From: Paraglomus brasilianum
Taxonomy: Eukaryota
NCBI GenBank assembly: GCA_910592345.1
Contig: CAJVPI010000132.1
Coordinates: 1 to 50,491 of the forward strand
Reading direction: 5' to 3'
DNA length: 50,491 nucleotides
Numbering within the stretch: position 1 is the first letter of the stretch; the number at the start of each line of letters is the position of its first letter. The notes beneath the pieces are model-generated. The model saw nothing but the letters and a program-made list of their open reading frames with translations, made no database searches and was not told the DNA's origin. Below are positions 27,467-42,474 of the stretch, piece after piece. A program made the translations under genes and the position numbers.

Positions 27467-28640
27467 TTACAACTTTGATTTCACTCGTTCAACAGTGGCG
27501 GTAATCAAACCTGTCATAAAAAAAGACAAGAAATAATTCAATATTTTCTTCTGCGTTAAACGATTGCGTCCGACTGCTACTTGAAACACTTCAAAAACGC
27601 TTTCCCTCACCTGATGGATCCTCAAAAGGTACATAAATGTCCGTATCCGCTCCTGAATTCTTCAATCCAAATCTCTCCAAATCAAACGCAAAACAATGTT
27701 TGTTTGGCAATCCATAAGACACGGATGTGACTTCTTTGTGAATTTCCAGTATTCTTTTTGCCATTAGATACAGTGTCGCTTGAACCGAGACACTGTCATC
27801 CGTAGCAAAAGTATCAAGAGTGAGTTTGCGTATCGAGTCGAATATGGTACAATAAGGAATCTTGCTTATTGCACTTGGATTAGGAATGGAATATGTCCAT
27901 GTTGCATCTATCACCGTCGACAGGATGCGGTCTGTGGATTCAGGAAGGGTTGTATCTAGAGATAAAGTAAAAAAAAAAAAAAAAAGGTGAATATCAATCT
28001 TTGCCAGCTGGTAAATTTTATCAAGTGTGAGAATAGTCGGGTTGAGAACATCTACTTACATTGATCTCTATGAAACCCATAAAAAGCTGAACCAGTCGTT
28101 TTCAAAACCAACAACCCTTTCAAGCCAGATTTTATTTCCACTTTATCTCTCTTTACCACAACCTCCGTAATCCTTGTCTCTTCTCCGTCTCTCGCAAACG
28201 AATGATCGTGTAACTTTCCATCAACCAGCATTCTTGTCCATCGATGCTTTGTAATCAAAACACTAGCTTTAGTCACGTGAGAATAAGTGTTAACGAAATG
28301 CTTTCCGATTTCGGTCGCAAAGAGTTCGATGCATTTGATATTGACAGTCTTCTTTGCGAGTACGTAAACCGTATTCTTCATCGTATCGGTAGCGACGACT
28401 TTGGAGTTATCGCCGTGCGTATATGAAGTTTCAAACTCGCCTTCAAGAAGTACTCGGACCTTGTTAGGATTAGAATGCGGTTAGTATTTCTCTGATGGCT
28501 GTCAGCATGTTGGTTGTAAATGTGATGATATTTCTTACAGTCAATTCAATAACTTCATGCCATTTTCCCGTTCGTATGACTTTAATAAGTCTTACACGGT
28601 CTTTACCGTACCGTTGTTCTTTTAAAACAACTTCAGTCAT
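27467..28640 (-). CDS. uaZ: Uricase (urate oxidase), peroxisomal, 4 exons
   Basis: YGKDRVRL, SYTHGDNSKVVATDTMKNTVY, VLKTTGSAFYGF, TTLPESTDRILST, SVQATLY and PNKH motifs. Ends VKSKL* (PTS1). Confidence 0.96.
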
Positions 28641-29107
28641 TCTTTATTCAACTTTCGACATCGACATATGCCCGGCCTTTTATGACACACGTCAGATGAT
28701 CGTAATCAACGCCGCAGTACGCCGTACAATCACGGGAAATTTTTTTAACGCGCATATCCAACTTGAGGATGAGCTCGAGGAGATGGAAATGGCGTTGAGA
28801 AAGTTTTTGAGCAAGGAGCAACGCAAGGGAAGCTGTTGGAAGACAACGCTCTAAATGTAGGTATTCGGACTAGTCGTACGACGAAATACTTCAAATTTTT
28901 CCGTGATCTGATAATCAGAGACGAATGATCACATGCAGTAAATACGTAAGCTACACTTTGCAATAAGAAATCACAGGGACAATCTGATTTGATGCTGCAA
29001 TTGTTCCACAACGTGATCTGCCCCATGATGTGCAGACGCGCACACGCGTTCTTTATAACTTGACAACACGGACCAACTCGAGCTTGTTAGATTTGTTCAT
29101 CAATATA

Positions 29108-29830
29108 TGAAAGACTATGGTGTCACCGAAGAAGAAGCTATTCGAAAGTATAACGAGTCAAAACAAGGTAAGCAAGCAATGAATACACGTTTTTGGGAGG
29201 ATAGTTGAAATGCGCGACGGATAAAATACTATTCAATTATGTAGTGGAGTTTCTTGAAAGTGTTTGAGGAATGCTCTATCGCTTGTGTGAAAGTATTTCT
29301 GAGATTATTGCAGTTTCAATATCACAGCTTCCTGCTCTCCTCCTCCAAAGCGCAAATACAACGTTATCGAAAAGTCAATATACAACGCAACAAACCTTTA
29401 CCGCCATTACGCACATACGACACTTTGCTACAACTCACAGGTGGTTTGGGCGGTACCCTCATGGACGGATCTGAACGCGGTCTAGGCTACGAGGGCGTTG
29501 GTTTGAGCGACGAGGTCGTCTGTAAGAGAAAACTTACTCTTCAGAAGTTGCAGCAGGCCTTGTCTGATAATAATAAGGGAGTTATACTCGTCCGTGCTCC
29601 GCCAATGGCGGGTAAGACTTTGCTCGCTCAGCTTTTCGAACACTACTTGCTCGAATTACCAGAATTCCAGAGTCGATCTTTCGGCTGTCATTGCTGTGGA
29701 TGAGAAGGGAAGAATCATAGGACTTTGCTGAAAGGTTTCAGTGGCTTTTCGGAGGCGTCAGTTGGGATGAATTTATAGAAGAGTGCAATTCTATCTCGAC
29801 GTGTTATCGTTGACGAAGTCCAAATTTGAA
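29108..29830 (+). pseudogene. Crinkler-type P-loop ATPase relic
   Basis: VILVRAPPMAGKTLLAQL Walker A. A frameshift near 29675 continues as RLSLLWM...SWDEFIEEC with an in-frame stop. A Walker B remnant (IVDEVQ) lies at ~29806-29823. Confidence 0.55.
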
Positions 29831-29859
29831 ACACTAATAATAATGAAGACAAAGCAATG

Positions 29860-30000
29860 TCGGGCACGATTTAGTGCGAAGGAGGATGAGATGCTGTACG
29901 ATTACGTGAAGAAGCAACACGAAGAAGGGAAGAAAATCAGAGGGATAAAAATAAAAATATACAGAGAGCTCGCGGAAGAATATACGACCCACCCTGCAGG
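29860..30000 (+). pseudogene. Rap1-type Myb/SANT domain fragment
   Basis: RARFSAKEDEMLYDYVKK...G..IYRELAEEYTTHP resembles the Rap1 Myb pattern, but the third helix (HxWQSxRDRY type) is absent. Confidence 0.5.
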
Positions 30001-31199
30001 ACCGACGGTCGTTCAGTTAGTAGAGGAGGAGTCCGCCGTCGAGCATAATATATATCGACCATAACAATGTATTTCGGAGTATAAAGAACTACTCATTTAT
30101 TTACAATAAAGGAATAAAACATTCTAATTATGCACTTATTTACTTCTTTTTAACTGAAATCTACGCTACTTATTATTATATATCTTTCATTGATCTATTT
30201 TTAGCAGCTATTATTACTAATTATCTAACTATGATTCTCAATATACATTGTTACTTTTACAGCAATGCTTGCTTGTATCACTGCCGTATCACTGCTGGAG
30301 AGAATACGTCCCCGTTTATAGCGTAGCATCACACTCCACTAATTAAGTGAGTAATTTTTTAGCAATAATTCATTCACTCATTTTTGGCTCAATTCGCTTC
30401 CTTAATAAGGATAAAACCAATAACACAAGCTCCAGTAGAGGCATACATATTCAATCGTCATTCTCTAAATATTTCGCGAATAGCCGTTAAATAATGACCA
30501 ATTTTTTCTTTTTTAGTCTTTTCTTTATAAACTTTTCAACCAACATAGCCAGAACCAACTATAAAAAAAATAGGCCAGCCTATTTAGTGGTAAATAGTAT
30601 TAAAGTCGTATATGGTTTTGGGAGGGGTTTTTGAAGAAAATACTACTTTTCAACTTTTTCTGTCCTTTTTTCTAAAATTGTAGTTCGTTGTTCTTGATTA
30701 TCTATTCTTTTCTAATTTCTCCAGTTTTGGTCTACTTGAGTTTTAACGGCAAAAATGTCTTGTTTATATTTAGTTTCTTTTATTTCTTTTTCGTGCTGGT
30801 CTACTTGATTTTTAACATTAGAAAGTTATTGCTCATTTTCATTAACCTTCCTTCTACTGAATTTTTTCAAGCAATATGCTGTTTTTTCTTCTCAGCAAAA
30901 AGTTTTTTAAATTGGTCTATAAACCATTTACTACATACTCATTGAGTTTCAGTTGTGGGAAGAACTTCTCACTTCTGATGAATTTTTTATATGTCTTCTA
31001 TTTTTACAATAAGTACAAAATCCCATAGTTTATAAATTTATAATATAATTATTATTTCCTTTTATTTAAGTTTTGAAAATTAAAAGCAGAAAAGCTAGCA
31101 ATATTTGTTGAGAAATTAGACAAAGAACTTATTGACAGCAAGAAAATTAATGGGTGTTGAAATAATGTAGAGGATTTTAGTTTAAATATTTTATTCATT

Positions 31200-32270
31200 G
31201 CCAGTATTAGTATACAGAATGTTGGTCTTGGACAAGTAATGTCTTTAAATTTATCTCTGACAAATGCATGAATGCTTTGGTAAAGATACTCTTGCCTTTT
31301 AGACGGAGGGATTAGTACTAGGATTGAAAAATATTTAATTTCTTTGGTAATTTCAGAAACACTTGCTTTTCTGGTTTTCAATAAATTAAATACAGTATAA
31401 GCACCATTGGCAACCATCTGAGCTTTGACAATTCCAGGATTAGCTGCCTCAATATTAAATAGAAAATGGGGATATTTTTGCAAACCACTCAATTTCTTAA
31501 AGAAAATCCCTAACACTGAATTGAGATCTAAGTATTGAAAGCCTTTTCCATTGTCATAACACTGATATGATCCACGCAATCTACCGTTGTTTTTCTAGAG
31601 CTTTTTAGTCAGCCCAAAACTACCATCGCACTTGAATTTGGTATGACCAGGCACCATAAAATTTAATTTGATACTTTCATAATAACCGTAGATAATCAAA
31701 TATAGGTAAAATCATATGGTAGCATTACTTTTATTCTGTCCACCTGCATTATCACAAGTAATCTTCAATGCTTTTCGCCTTTATTCAATTTCTTTATTCC
31801 ATCGAATACCATGCTCAGCGTACCATTAGGACCTTGCCGATAATTTCGTCTTCATCGAGAGCATAATTAATTTCAGCATAATTTTCGAGAAAATTCTTCA
31901 CGGTTGTAGCAACGGTTATATCAATGGTTATTTTGGTTTTCCATCGCGGCACTCGTTTGATATTACCGTGATTGCGCAGTATTGTACAATTCGTTGCTAG
32001 ATGATTTCTGACGTTTTTGAAGTGAGTGTGGCCAATTTCCAACATATTGAGATACGTTTTCTGACAAAGGGACGTATTACGATCTCAGTAGTAAAACGTT
32101 CGCTTATTAGCACGCGTTTTCTTTTTAAGACGTCGGCTGGCAGTTATTTCTCCACCATTCATTGCTTTCAACTGGGCAATTAAAAATATGTCTTGCTCAG
32201 GTCTAGAGAGAGCTTGAAACGCCTCACGTAATTCAGCAAACTTTTCTCTCGGAATCATATACAGGTAATC
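31200..32270 (-). mobile_element. Decayed Sola-like (DUF7869-type) DDE transposase
   Basis: KITCDNAGGQNKSNA (~31720-31765), LNFMVPGHTKFKCDGSFGL (~31612-31668) and C-terminal RQEYLYQSIHAFVRDKFKDITCPRP, with multiple stops and frameshifts. Confidence 0.7.
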
Positions 32271-32700
32271 CTATATATAATTTTATCAAGCTTGAATTTT
32301 TTATTAAAGCTCAGCGGATCCTACTCACAGATCGAGAATTTACTTTAATTTGGTTATAACAAGTAGCACTCATAACATATTCTAGCTAGCACTTAAAGCT
32401 TTGTTCAGTATCTCTGAAATTAGTATTATTAAACACCCCAAAATGGAGTTTTAAACTATACGTTTTTTGAAACTTGTATTAAAATTTGCTATCCGAAACA
32501 GCCAATTAACTTCAAAATAAGAAAAAAAATTTTCTTTTTTTATAAAAAAAAAGAAGCAATTAAAGCTGCATATAATTTGTATATAGCATCAAGGCTTAGG
32601 AAGAAATCCGTTGTCTAAAACAGATGCAAGTGAAGAGTTGCTTTGTAAAATGTCCGTCTATTCATGTCACCCTGTGCCACAAGTCCCTTAGATCATCCAT

Positions 32701-33218
32701 CCCGATTGAAGATTGAGACATCGTTGTCTCCATTTGCCGATGGAAGTTTTTCAGACGGTCAATAACCCGATTGAAGATTACACCGCTATCTCCATTTGAA
32801 GATGTAAGTTTTTCAGACGGTCACTAACCCGATTGAAGGTTGAGACATCGTTATCTCCATTTGTTATGGGAACCCGATTGAAGATTACATCGTCATCTCC
32901 ATTAGCCGATGTAAGTTTTTCAGACGGTCAATAACCGATTGAAGATTACACCGCTATCTCCATTTGACGATGTAAGTTTTTCAGACGGTCAATAACCCGA
33001 TTGAAGATTACACCGCCATCTCCATTAGCCGATGTAAGTTTTTCAGACGGTCAATAACCGATTGAAGATTACACCGCTATCTCCATTTGACGATGTAAGT
33101 TTTTCAGACGGTCAATAACCCGATTGAAGATTACACCGCCATCTCCATTTGCCGATGTAAGTTTTTCAGACGGTCAATAAACCGATTGAGCCATCTCCAT
33201 TTGAAGATGTAAGTTTTC
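32701..33218. repeat. Minisatellite of ~9 units, mostly 61-65 bp
   Basis: CCGATTGAAG anchors at ~32701, 32766, 32828, 32873, 32935, 32996, 33058, 33119 and 33182. Consensus cccgattgaagattacaccgcyatctccatttgmcgatgtaagtttttcagacggtcaataa. Confidence 0.95.
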
Positions 33219-33636
33219 CATTTCATTGGTCAGCTGACATGCACGATTAAGTTTGTTAAATGAAACTATATCATGAGCCACTGCAATGGCAATGATAAAC
33301 GGTATATCGCCGCCTTCTTTCTTACTGTTTTCGGGTGACTCGTCGGTATTCATAATGGTGCAAGCCAGTTCCGCCCCTGGAAATTTGTCCTGCGCGACCG
33401 TGGAGTCCATCTTCAGAGCCACCTTCTTTTTCGGGTTTAAAATTTTTAGCACATGATGCTGGATATCACCATGAAACTCGAAAGAGGGCTTTATAATGGA
33501 ATGTGACTCAGGCAGTTGGATCTCGCGGAAGTAGTCAGCTGGCAGATGATGTTCCAGCTCATTCACAGGGAGGTCAAACCGAAAGGTTGCATCATCAACC
33601 GGCCACAACGTAAGATTCAAGACGTCGAATAGGAGA
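33174..33636 (-). pseudogene. 5'-truncated gene fragment, possibly a Crinkler-like C-terminal domain
   Basis: ~150-codon open frame with protein-like composition and no ATG start. It begins at the LTR-like boundary and runs into the minisatellite. The family call is weak. Confidence 0.4.
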
Positions 33637-34042
33637 TGTAACTAGTAGTAGCAAAAAAAATTATCAACCATATATGAGAACCAGAATATGAGTGAGTCAT
33701 GAGTGACTATATTACTCTCTTCAATGTATAAAAGCTATATTATGGCTGCTATAACTCCATTTAGTTTATATATCTCATAACCTTCACTATAGCAAAAACA
33801 CCTATCACACATTATAACAGCAATCGAACTATTCTCTCTCCACTGCTCATAACACCTCTTGCCTCCTTTGAAACGAGTTTATATATAACCTAGCTCTGCT
33901 CTGCCCCAACTAATAACACCCCCAACTGTCTCTCATGCAATAATTTTCTAACCATTCTCCCAGCTAAATATGTGTTGCTTGCTTACTCTGTCTACTCTAC
34001 CCTATGTACACACTACTCTATGTCCCCAACACCCGAGTCACA
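33637..34042. mobile_element. Probable solo LTR (406 bp)
   Basis: Termini TGTAACT...AGTCACA (TG...CA, 6/7 inverted match), CpG-poor and non-coding, with TATATAAA on the minus strand. No target-site duplication (GGAGA vs AATCG). Confidence 0.55.
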
Positions 34043-34982
34043 AATCGTTACTTACCATTACCTCGGATGACCACAATGAGCGGGTGGGTGAAGGTTTTGT
34101 CCACAGCAAGCATCGGCTTACGCTATCAGTGAAAACGTGACTTTACTGCGGATAAAGTGGTTTGCTTTCAGGTGTGAGAGAAATCTATGATGCCTATCAA
34201 AGAGAGATGGAGTATGTGGATCCTAGGCAAGTCCCAGCACCAAGTTATTTCTTTACTCTTGAATAATTTCTATAGCTAATTGTTTGTTTTCTGTAACTAA
34301 TTGTTTATTTTCTGTAACTAATCTCTATTGCTAAAGTTTTACTTCACATATGAGCAACTATTAACGGCGGGCGAAATTTCGTAGTAGTAGCCATGCTTTG
34401 AAATCATTATTCAAATTTGCTTTTTTGGCAGCAATTCTAGATAGCGCTAATAAAATTTCAAATTTCAATGTGACAAAATGGCAATGGATATGGAGTCAAT
34501 AATTCTAGTTTTCGCTTGCAAGCGCCTGTTAACGCAAGTACCCGTCTATCGATACGGGAGCCAATTTATTCATCTTCAGCTAGTTGGTTTTTACCTGAGA
34601 TTTTTTATTCCTATTCCTTCGTTGAAAAAAACTAATATGGTAACTATTGAGAAAATTTAGTCGTGAATGGTATAGTTCAACCACTGTTCATCATTAATAA
34701 CTATCTAATGATGCGGGCGAAACGCCGCGCTATCCGACCTGCCTATCATTCATTTCTTTAAAACTATTCATTGTATCGCAAAAAATCGTACGATTTCCGC
34801 TTTGGCTTCTTATTGGATACTTGCACTAACATGACAGCGTTCATCAGTTGCTTGAACATAAGTTATAAAGGGAAGTTTTCGTTCTGTATAGTTTCCATTG
34901 ACAATCGATAAACCCTCGGGGATACATCCACGAGACACTTGCAAGTAAACTACTGAAGCGTATTCATCTCGTAAACGTTATA

Positions 34983-37691
<2,709 letters not shown>

Positions 37692-38244
37692 GTTGAGGGT
37701 GTCTGAAGCGCACAGATTTGTAATAAATACGATGTACTTCCTAATGTGCAAATGAGAGTTCTTCACTTCATTATTAACGTTAATACCGAGTATTAGTTGG
37801 TACGTTTCAACATTTGATCTGTATCCTTTATAACTCATAAGGTCGTTTGTCTTATTACTTGCTCATCGATTTGTTGAAAGATGGAATGAAGTTACCAATA
37901 TTATATTTGATGACCCGAAAAATTGGTTAATATATAAAGATATGAACCCCCTTGATAAATCAATGCATTTTTACCCAAATTTGAAGTAAAGTCATTCGAT
38001 AAAAGTAATAGTTTTAATTTTGTTGTCGGTTTATGTCATATGTACAGCGTTAATAAAGAAAAATGTCTGATTTATCGCAAAGAAATTTAAGTATCGGAAT
38101 TTGTAAATAAAACGAAGACAAGGCACAATTAAAATTAGATATTTTAAAGGGGACGAATTAAACAGCTCATTGTTGACCTGCGTAATAGATTAAATCAAAC
38201 AAAAATATATAATTTTTTTTTCTAAACAATGTTTTTGCGGACAA

Positions 38245-40307
38245 TTAGATTTTTGGTTGCTCGTCGTCTTCTTCTTCCTCTCCCTCACCCGTAATAAATG
38301 GATTCATAACCCTCGTGCCTGTCGTAGTACTAATTGCCTTGTATCCTTCGAGATCAGCATCCACATCGTCACTAACATAAGGATCACCGACTGATAAGAT
38401 TGAAAGATAAAACACAAAGGCAAAGTAGATTATAGCACATATATATCCAATTATTCGATGCGAAGGTAATTCCTCAAGATAGATAACGAACAAGAACATA
38501 TTGATGGCAACCAGCAGAATAGCAATTATCCAGGTTGCAAACTTCCAAAATTTCTTGTTCGTAAACGCAGCCCCCATAATCTTTCTCGAGCTGGTAATCT
38601 TCAATATGGGCAGCAATGCAGTAGGCAAGCACAGACTCTGCAGTACGTTCAACAGTTCTCCCATGGTATCGAAATTGTCCACTGCCAACACTGCAACAAG
38701 CATCGATGGCACTAACGCTATCCCTCTAGTGATGGCCAGTCTGTGCCAGGACTTTTTGAATATTTTCCCAAAGAACCCTTCCATAACGTATTGTCCTGCT
38801 AGTGTACCAGTCATTGTAGAACTTTGTCCGGCGGCAAGCAGACCGAGAGCCCAAAGGTATTTAGCACCACCGCCGAGTGTCTTATACAATGCATCGGCGG
38901 CGTCGGCTAGTCCAGGGAGTGCATTGCCAGAAGTAGATGTATAGAACACCATACCAAAGACTACAACTAGAGCTAGATTGATCAGGTAGGAAACACCGAG
39001 TGCTATGCCAGATTCAATACTGAAATAAAAGTTTGCTTCTTTAATCTTGGCTTCAGATGTTCGTTCTGTTCTACGTGTCATCACCAAGGCAGAGTGAAGG
39101 TATAAATTATGAGGCATGATCACTAAAAGTTGAAAGACAGTGAGTGAGAAATTAAAATCAATAGTCGGTAATATATGACGAAGAAATGCAAATAACAGTG
39201 ATATACTGGTAGAAGAACAATCAATGCTACTTTTAAACTCTCCTATCTCATTAGAAGTCTCCCATTTCACTCACCAGCTCCAATCAAAGCCACAGCCTGA
39301 ACAACAGCAGCACTCGGAACTCTTGGTATAATAATGCCTTCCAGAATCTCACCGACGTCTGGCTCCGATTGAAACATCTCGATCCAGAAACATACAGCCA
39401 TGATTGAAATCAAAGCCATGAAGAAAATTTCTAACTTTCTCACACCATAACTTGCAAGGAGCATAAATGTAAATGTATCGGTTGCTGTAAGTAGCGTGCC
39501 GATCCAAAGTGGAATATTAAAGAGTATGCGCAGCGCAATAGCAGTGCCGACGATTTCTTGAATGTCGGATGCGATAATTGCTATCTCAGCTATTAAATAT
39601 AATGCGATAGAGACGGGGCGTGGGTAGTATCGACTTATTAGTTGAGCAAGATGTTGGCCTGTGACAACACCGGCCCTGGCAGAGAGGACCTGGATTAGTA
39701 GGCCCGCTATATGCGCATAGAGGAGCAACCAGAGCTAAGGAAAGAGTAGAACCAGATGGAAGTGTGAATGATTAATCTATGAGCGAGACTTTTTGTTATG
39801 AAAAGGTGGAGGAAATTATTACCAATTGAAATTTGGCAACTGCGCCAGTTTGTAGATCGGCCTCTAAATTACCAGGATCTAGGTAAGCTATGGACATCAG
39901 AAAACCTGTTTTGATAAAAAGAAAGACGGTTTTAGTAAGACGTGGAATGTATGCAGGTACTGACCACTATAATATATATATGATCGAATGGTAGGGAAGT
40001 TGTATTGGATTATTACTCAAGTGCAGCTGAAAGTAAATCTAAATCTTTGTTTCTTTCCTTCTCTTTTCTCTACCACTCGCTGCCAGTCTCTCTACTCACC
40101 AGGTCCTGTATATTTCCATAGTTTGGACCATGAGAATTTGTTCTGCACGACTCCAGTGTCGACCTCAGCAACTATCAGCGTGTCTATGTTTGATATGCGG
40201 TTGCTCACAAGTCCCTGTGTGACACTTGAATCGTCAATCTGAGTGTTTTCGTCCATGCTCGGACGTTGGATGAGAGGTGTTGAGTCTATCGTGCCGTCGT
40301 GTGCCAT
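38245..40307 (-). CDS. NRAMP/SLC11 divalent metal (Fe/Mn) transporter, 4 exons
   Basis: Exons 40307-40100, 39905-39823, 39734-39275 and 39122-38245. Motifs [28 protein letters not shown] and [19 protein letters not shown]. Confidence 0.96.
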
Positions 40308-40878
40308 AGTTTTGTGTTGAGTAATGGTAGTTTTGTTGTTGTATGAGACTTTGCAGTGTTTTTAATATTATAGTAAATGAGAGCAACGGCAGCACCGGAA
40401 AATCTATGATATGTTGGGGAGGTTGGCTAAAGAGAAAAACCCAATTCTTCTCGTATATATATAGGCATATTCACCCAGCCACTAAAATCGAAAATGCATT
40501 GGACAGGACAATTAAAGTGTATAGTGTGCGGCAACAATCGGGAGAGGTTGCATGATCATACAACCAATCATACAGAATTCACTATTTTTCACATGATGTA
40601 ACGATAACGGCAAATCCTTTTCTAATAATAAGAGGCTTGTTACCATATTTGATCCATGACGAGCTATTGTTGTTTATAGTTTAGCTTGAAGATTGGGAAA
40701 CCGGTTCATAAGAAAGATGACAGTGGAGCGGAACATTAAAAGTGTCAGGCGCTACTCGAACGATGGTTTTCCCCTCACCCCAACAATATTAACAATTATT
40801 TCCTCCACATGCAATATAAATAACATTTATGTATCTAGCCGGATATGTTTAGCAGTCATACTTAATAAAGTAACAAGA

Positions 40879-41620
40879 ATCTGATAACTCTCCTTGTACA
40901 ACACGACAACTTATCAGATCCGTAAGTTCTCAGGGTTTCCTGATCAATCCAGTCAGTTCCGCTACGATTCGGTCTTGACAACAAATATATCAAGAGTCAG
41001 ACATCTGTTCAGTCATCACAATTCCCGTTGCGCCCCATATTTTATTTTATCACGTTCCTTTCTCGTGCTGTTTACGGTGGTTTAATTACCATATTAATAT
41101 GAGTGATCCAAAGGCGTATATCTGATAAAAATAAATGAATAATCTGATACACCCCTTCCCCACAAAAAACCCCGATAGAAATTTATACAATGCCCTGTTG
41201 TAATTAACGGAGGTTTTGGGGTCGGTCTTTTGGCTTTTTTATCGAATAAGTTGGTTCCCGATATTCATTAAGTTCACAGAGCAATTTACAAGCATTTTAC
41301 TCGCAAGCTTTGTGGAAAAAAAAAAATTGGGATTCCTGACAACTTTCGACTTTCTTAAACGTATTCAAAACCAAGGTTTCCAGAAAGTTTATTGTGTGGT
41401 AAGATCTCTTTGAAAAAGAATGCTATTATATACAGTATGTCTACCAATTATTATTAATATGTACTACGAAACGATAGAATGGGCTTTATCGTGCATATAA
41501 TACAGATACGTTAAAGTATATTAAACAGTTGTGACGCTATCTTCGTCATTCTTCGATGCTTCCGTGTAGTATCATTATTCATTTTGACATGTAAAAAAAG
41601 TTTGCAAAACCTTATCAGAT
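40879..41620. promoter_or_regulatory. Cluster of ATCTGATAA extended GATA boxes (SreA/Fep1-type) upstream of the NRAMP
   Basis: Perfect copies at 40879-40887 (+), 40911-40919 (-), 41120-41128 (+) and 41612-41620 (-); 8/9 copy ATCTGATAC at 41142-41150. Confidence 0.7.
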
Positions 41621-42117
41621 CGTGTAACTACCAATTAACTAGTTATGGCAGTATGGTAGTGCAGTGCTGTCATGTGTCAAATCCAACAATATGTTGAATT
41701 GCGATCGTTGCACGCAATTATTGTAAGTACAGTGAGCAGTATAACTCTGCAATATTGGGTATTATAAATGTGCGGTCAATAAAATCTCGTTTTAAGGCAA
41801 TGTAGCATTTTATTATTTATTAAAATATGATACCAAAAAATAATAATTGCACGTAATGCCTACTCATACAATTGAAAATAAAGTTGATCATTGTGTTAAT
41901 GTTGAAACACCTTTAAAAGAGTGTCCGTTATAATTACTTTAGCGACGATTGACAAGGAACATTCAATCGAAGCAAGGGACCCAACACTTCAAATACCGCG
42001 TTCAATTAGATAGTAAATCGGCAAAAAAGTAAGTGGATAGACGTATTCGTCAGCAGGTTTACATTTAGGCGCAAGGCAAAAAAAAGAAAAAGAAAGCTTG
42101 TTGGGTTGTTACACCAG

Positions 42118-42215
42118 CGATTATAACCGATTATGGGCGATTATAACTGATTCTATTGGCTGAAACTGTTTTCGTTTTCATTTTCGGTTTCATTTTCGGT
42201 TTCATTTTCGGTTTC
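42118..42215. repeat. Short tandem repeats: GATTATAAC-like units and 12-bp TTTTCGGTTTCA x ~4
   Basis: Read directly at 42118-42152 and 42169-42215. Confidence 0.75.
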
Positions 42216-42474
42216 TTTTCTTTTTTTTTTGAATGATGATCGTACTATTTTGAAAAGTGCTATAATAAATATAAAGATATTATTGATGCCACACAACGCA
42301 ACACACTTTCAAAGATGGAATTTAATTACCGCTTATAGGTAGGAGGAACCTGTCACAAGCATGTGTTATTGAGGCTGACATTTTGTGACACAACGCGAAT
42401 ATTACACCAACATTTTGCTCGTTATTATATACGTTAGTATTTGCCGGTTAGAACTTTTACTCCATATATTTTCA

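Noticed and set aside
32701..33218. CRISPR-like ~61-bp periodicity
   Set aside because: The whole unit is repeated with no unique spacers; it is a minisatellite.
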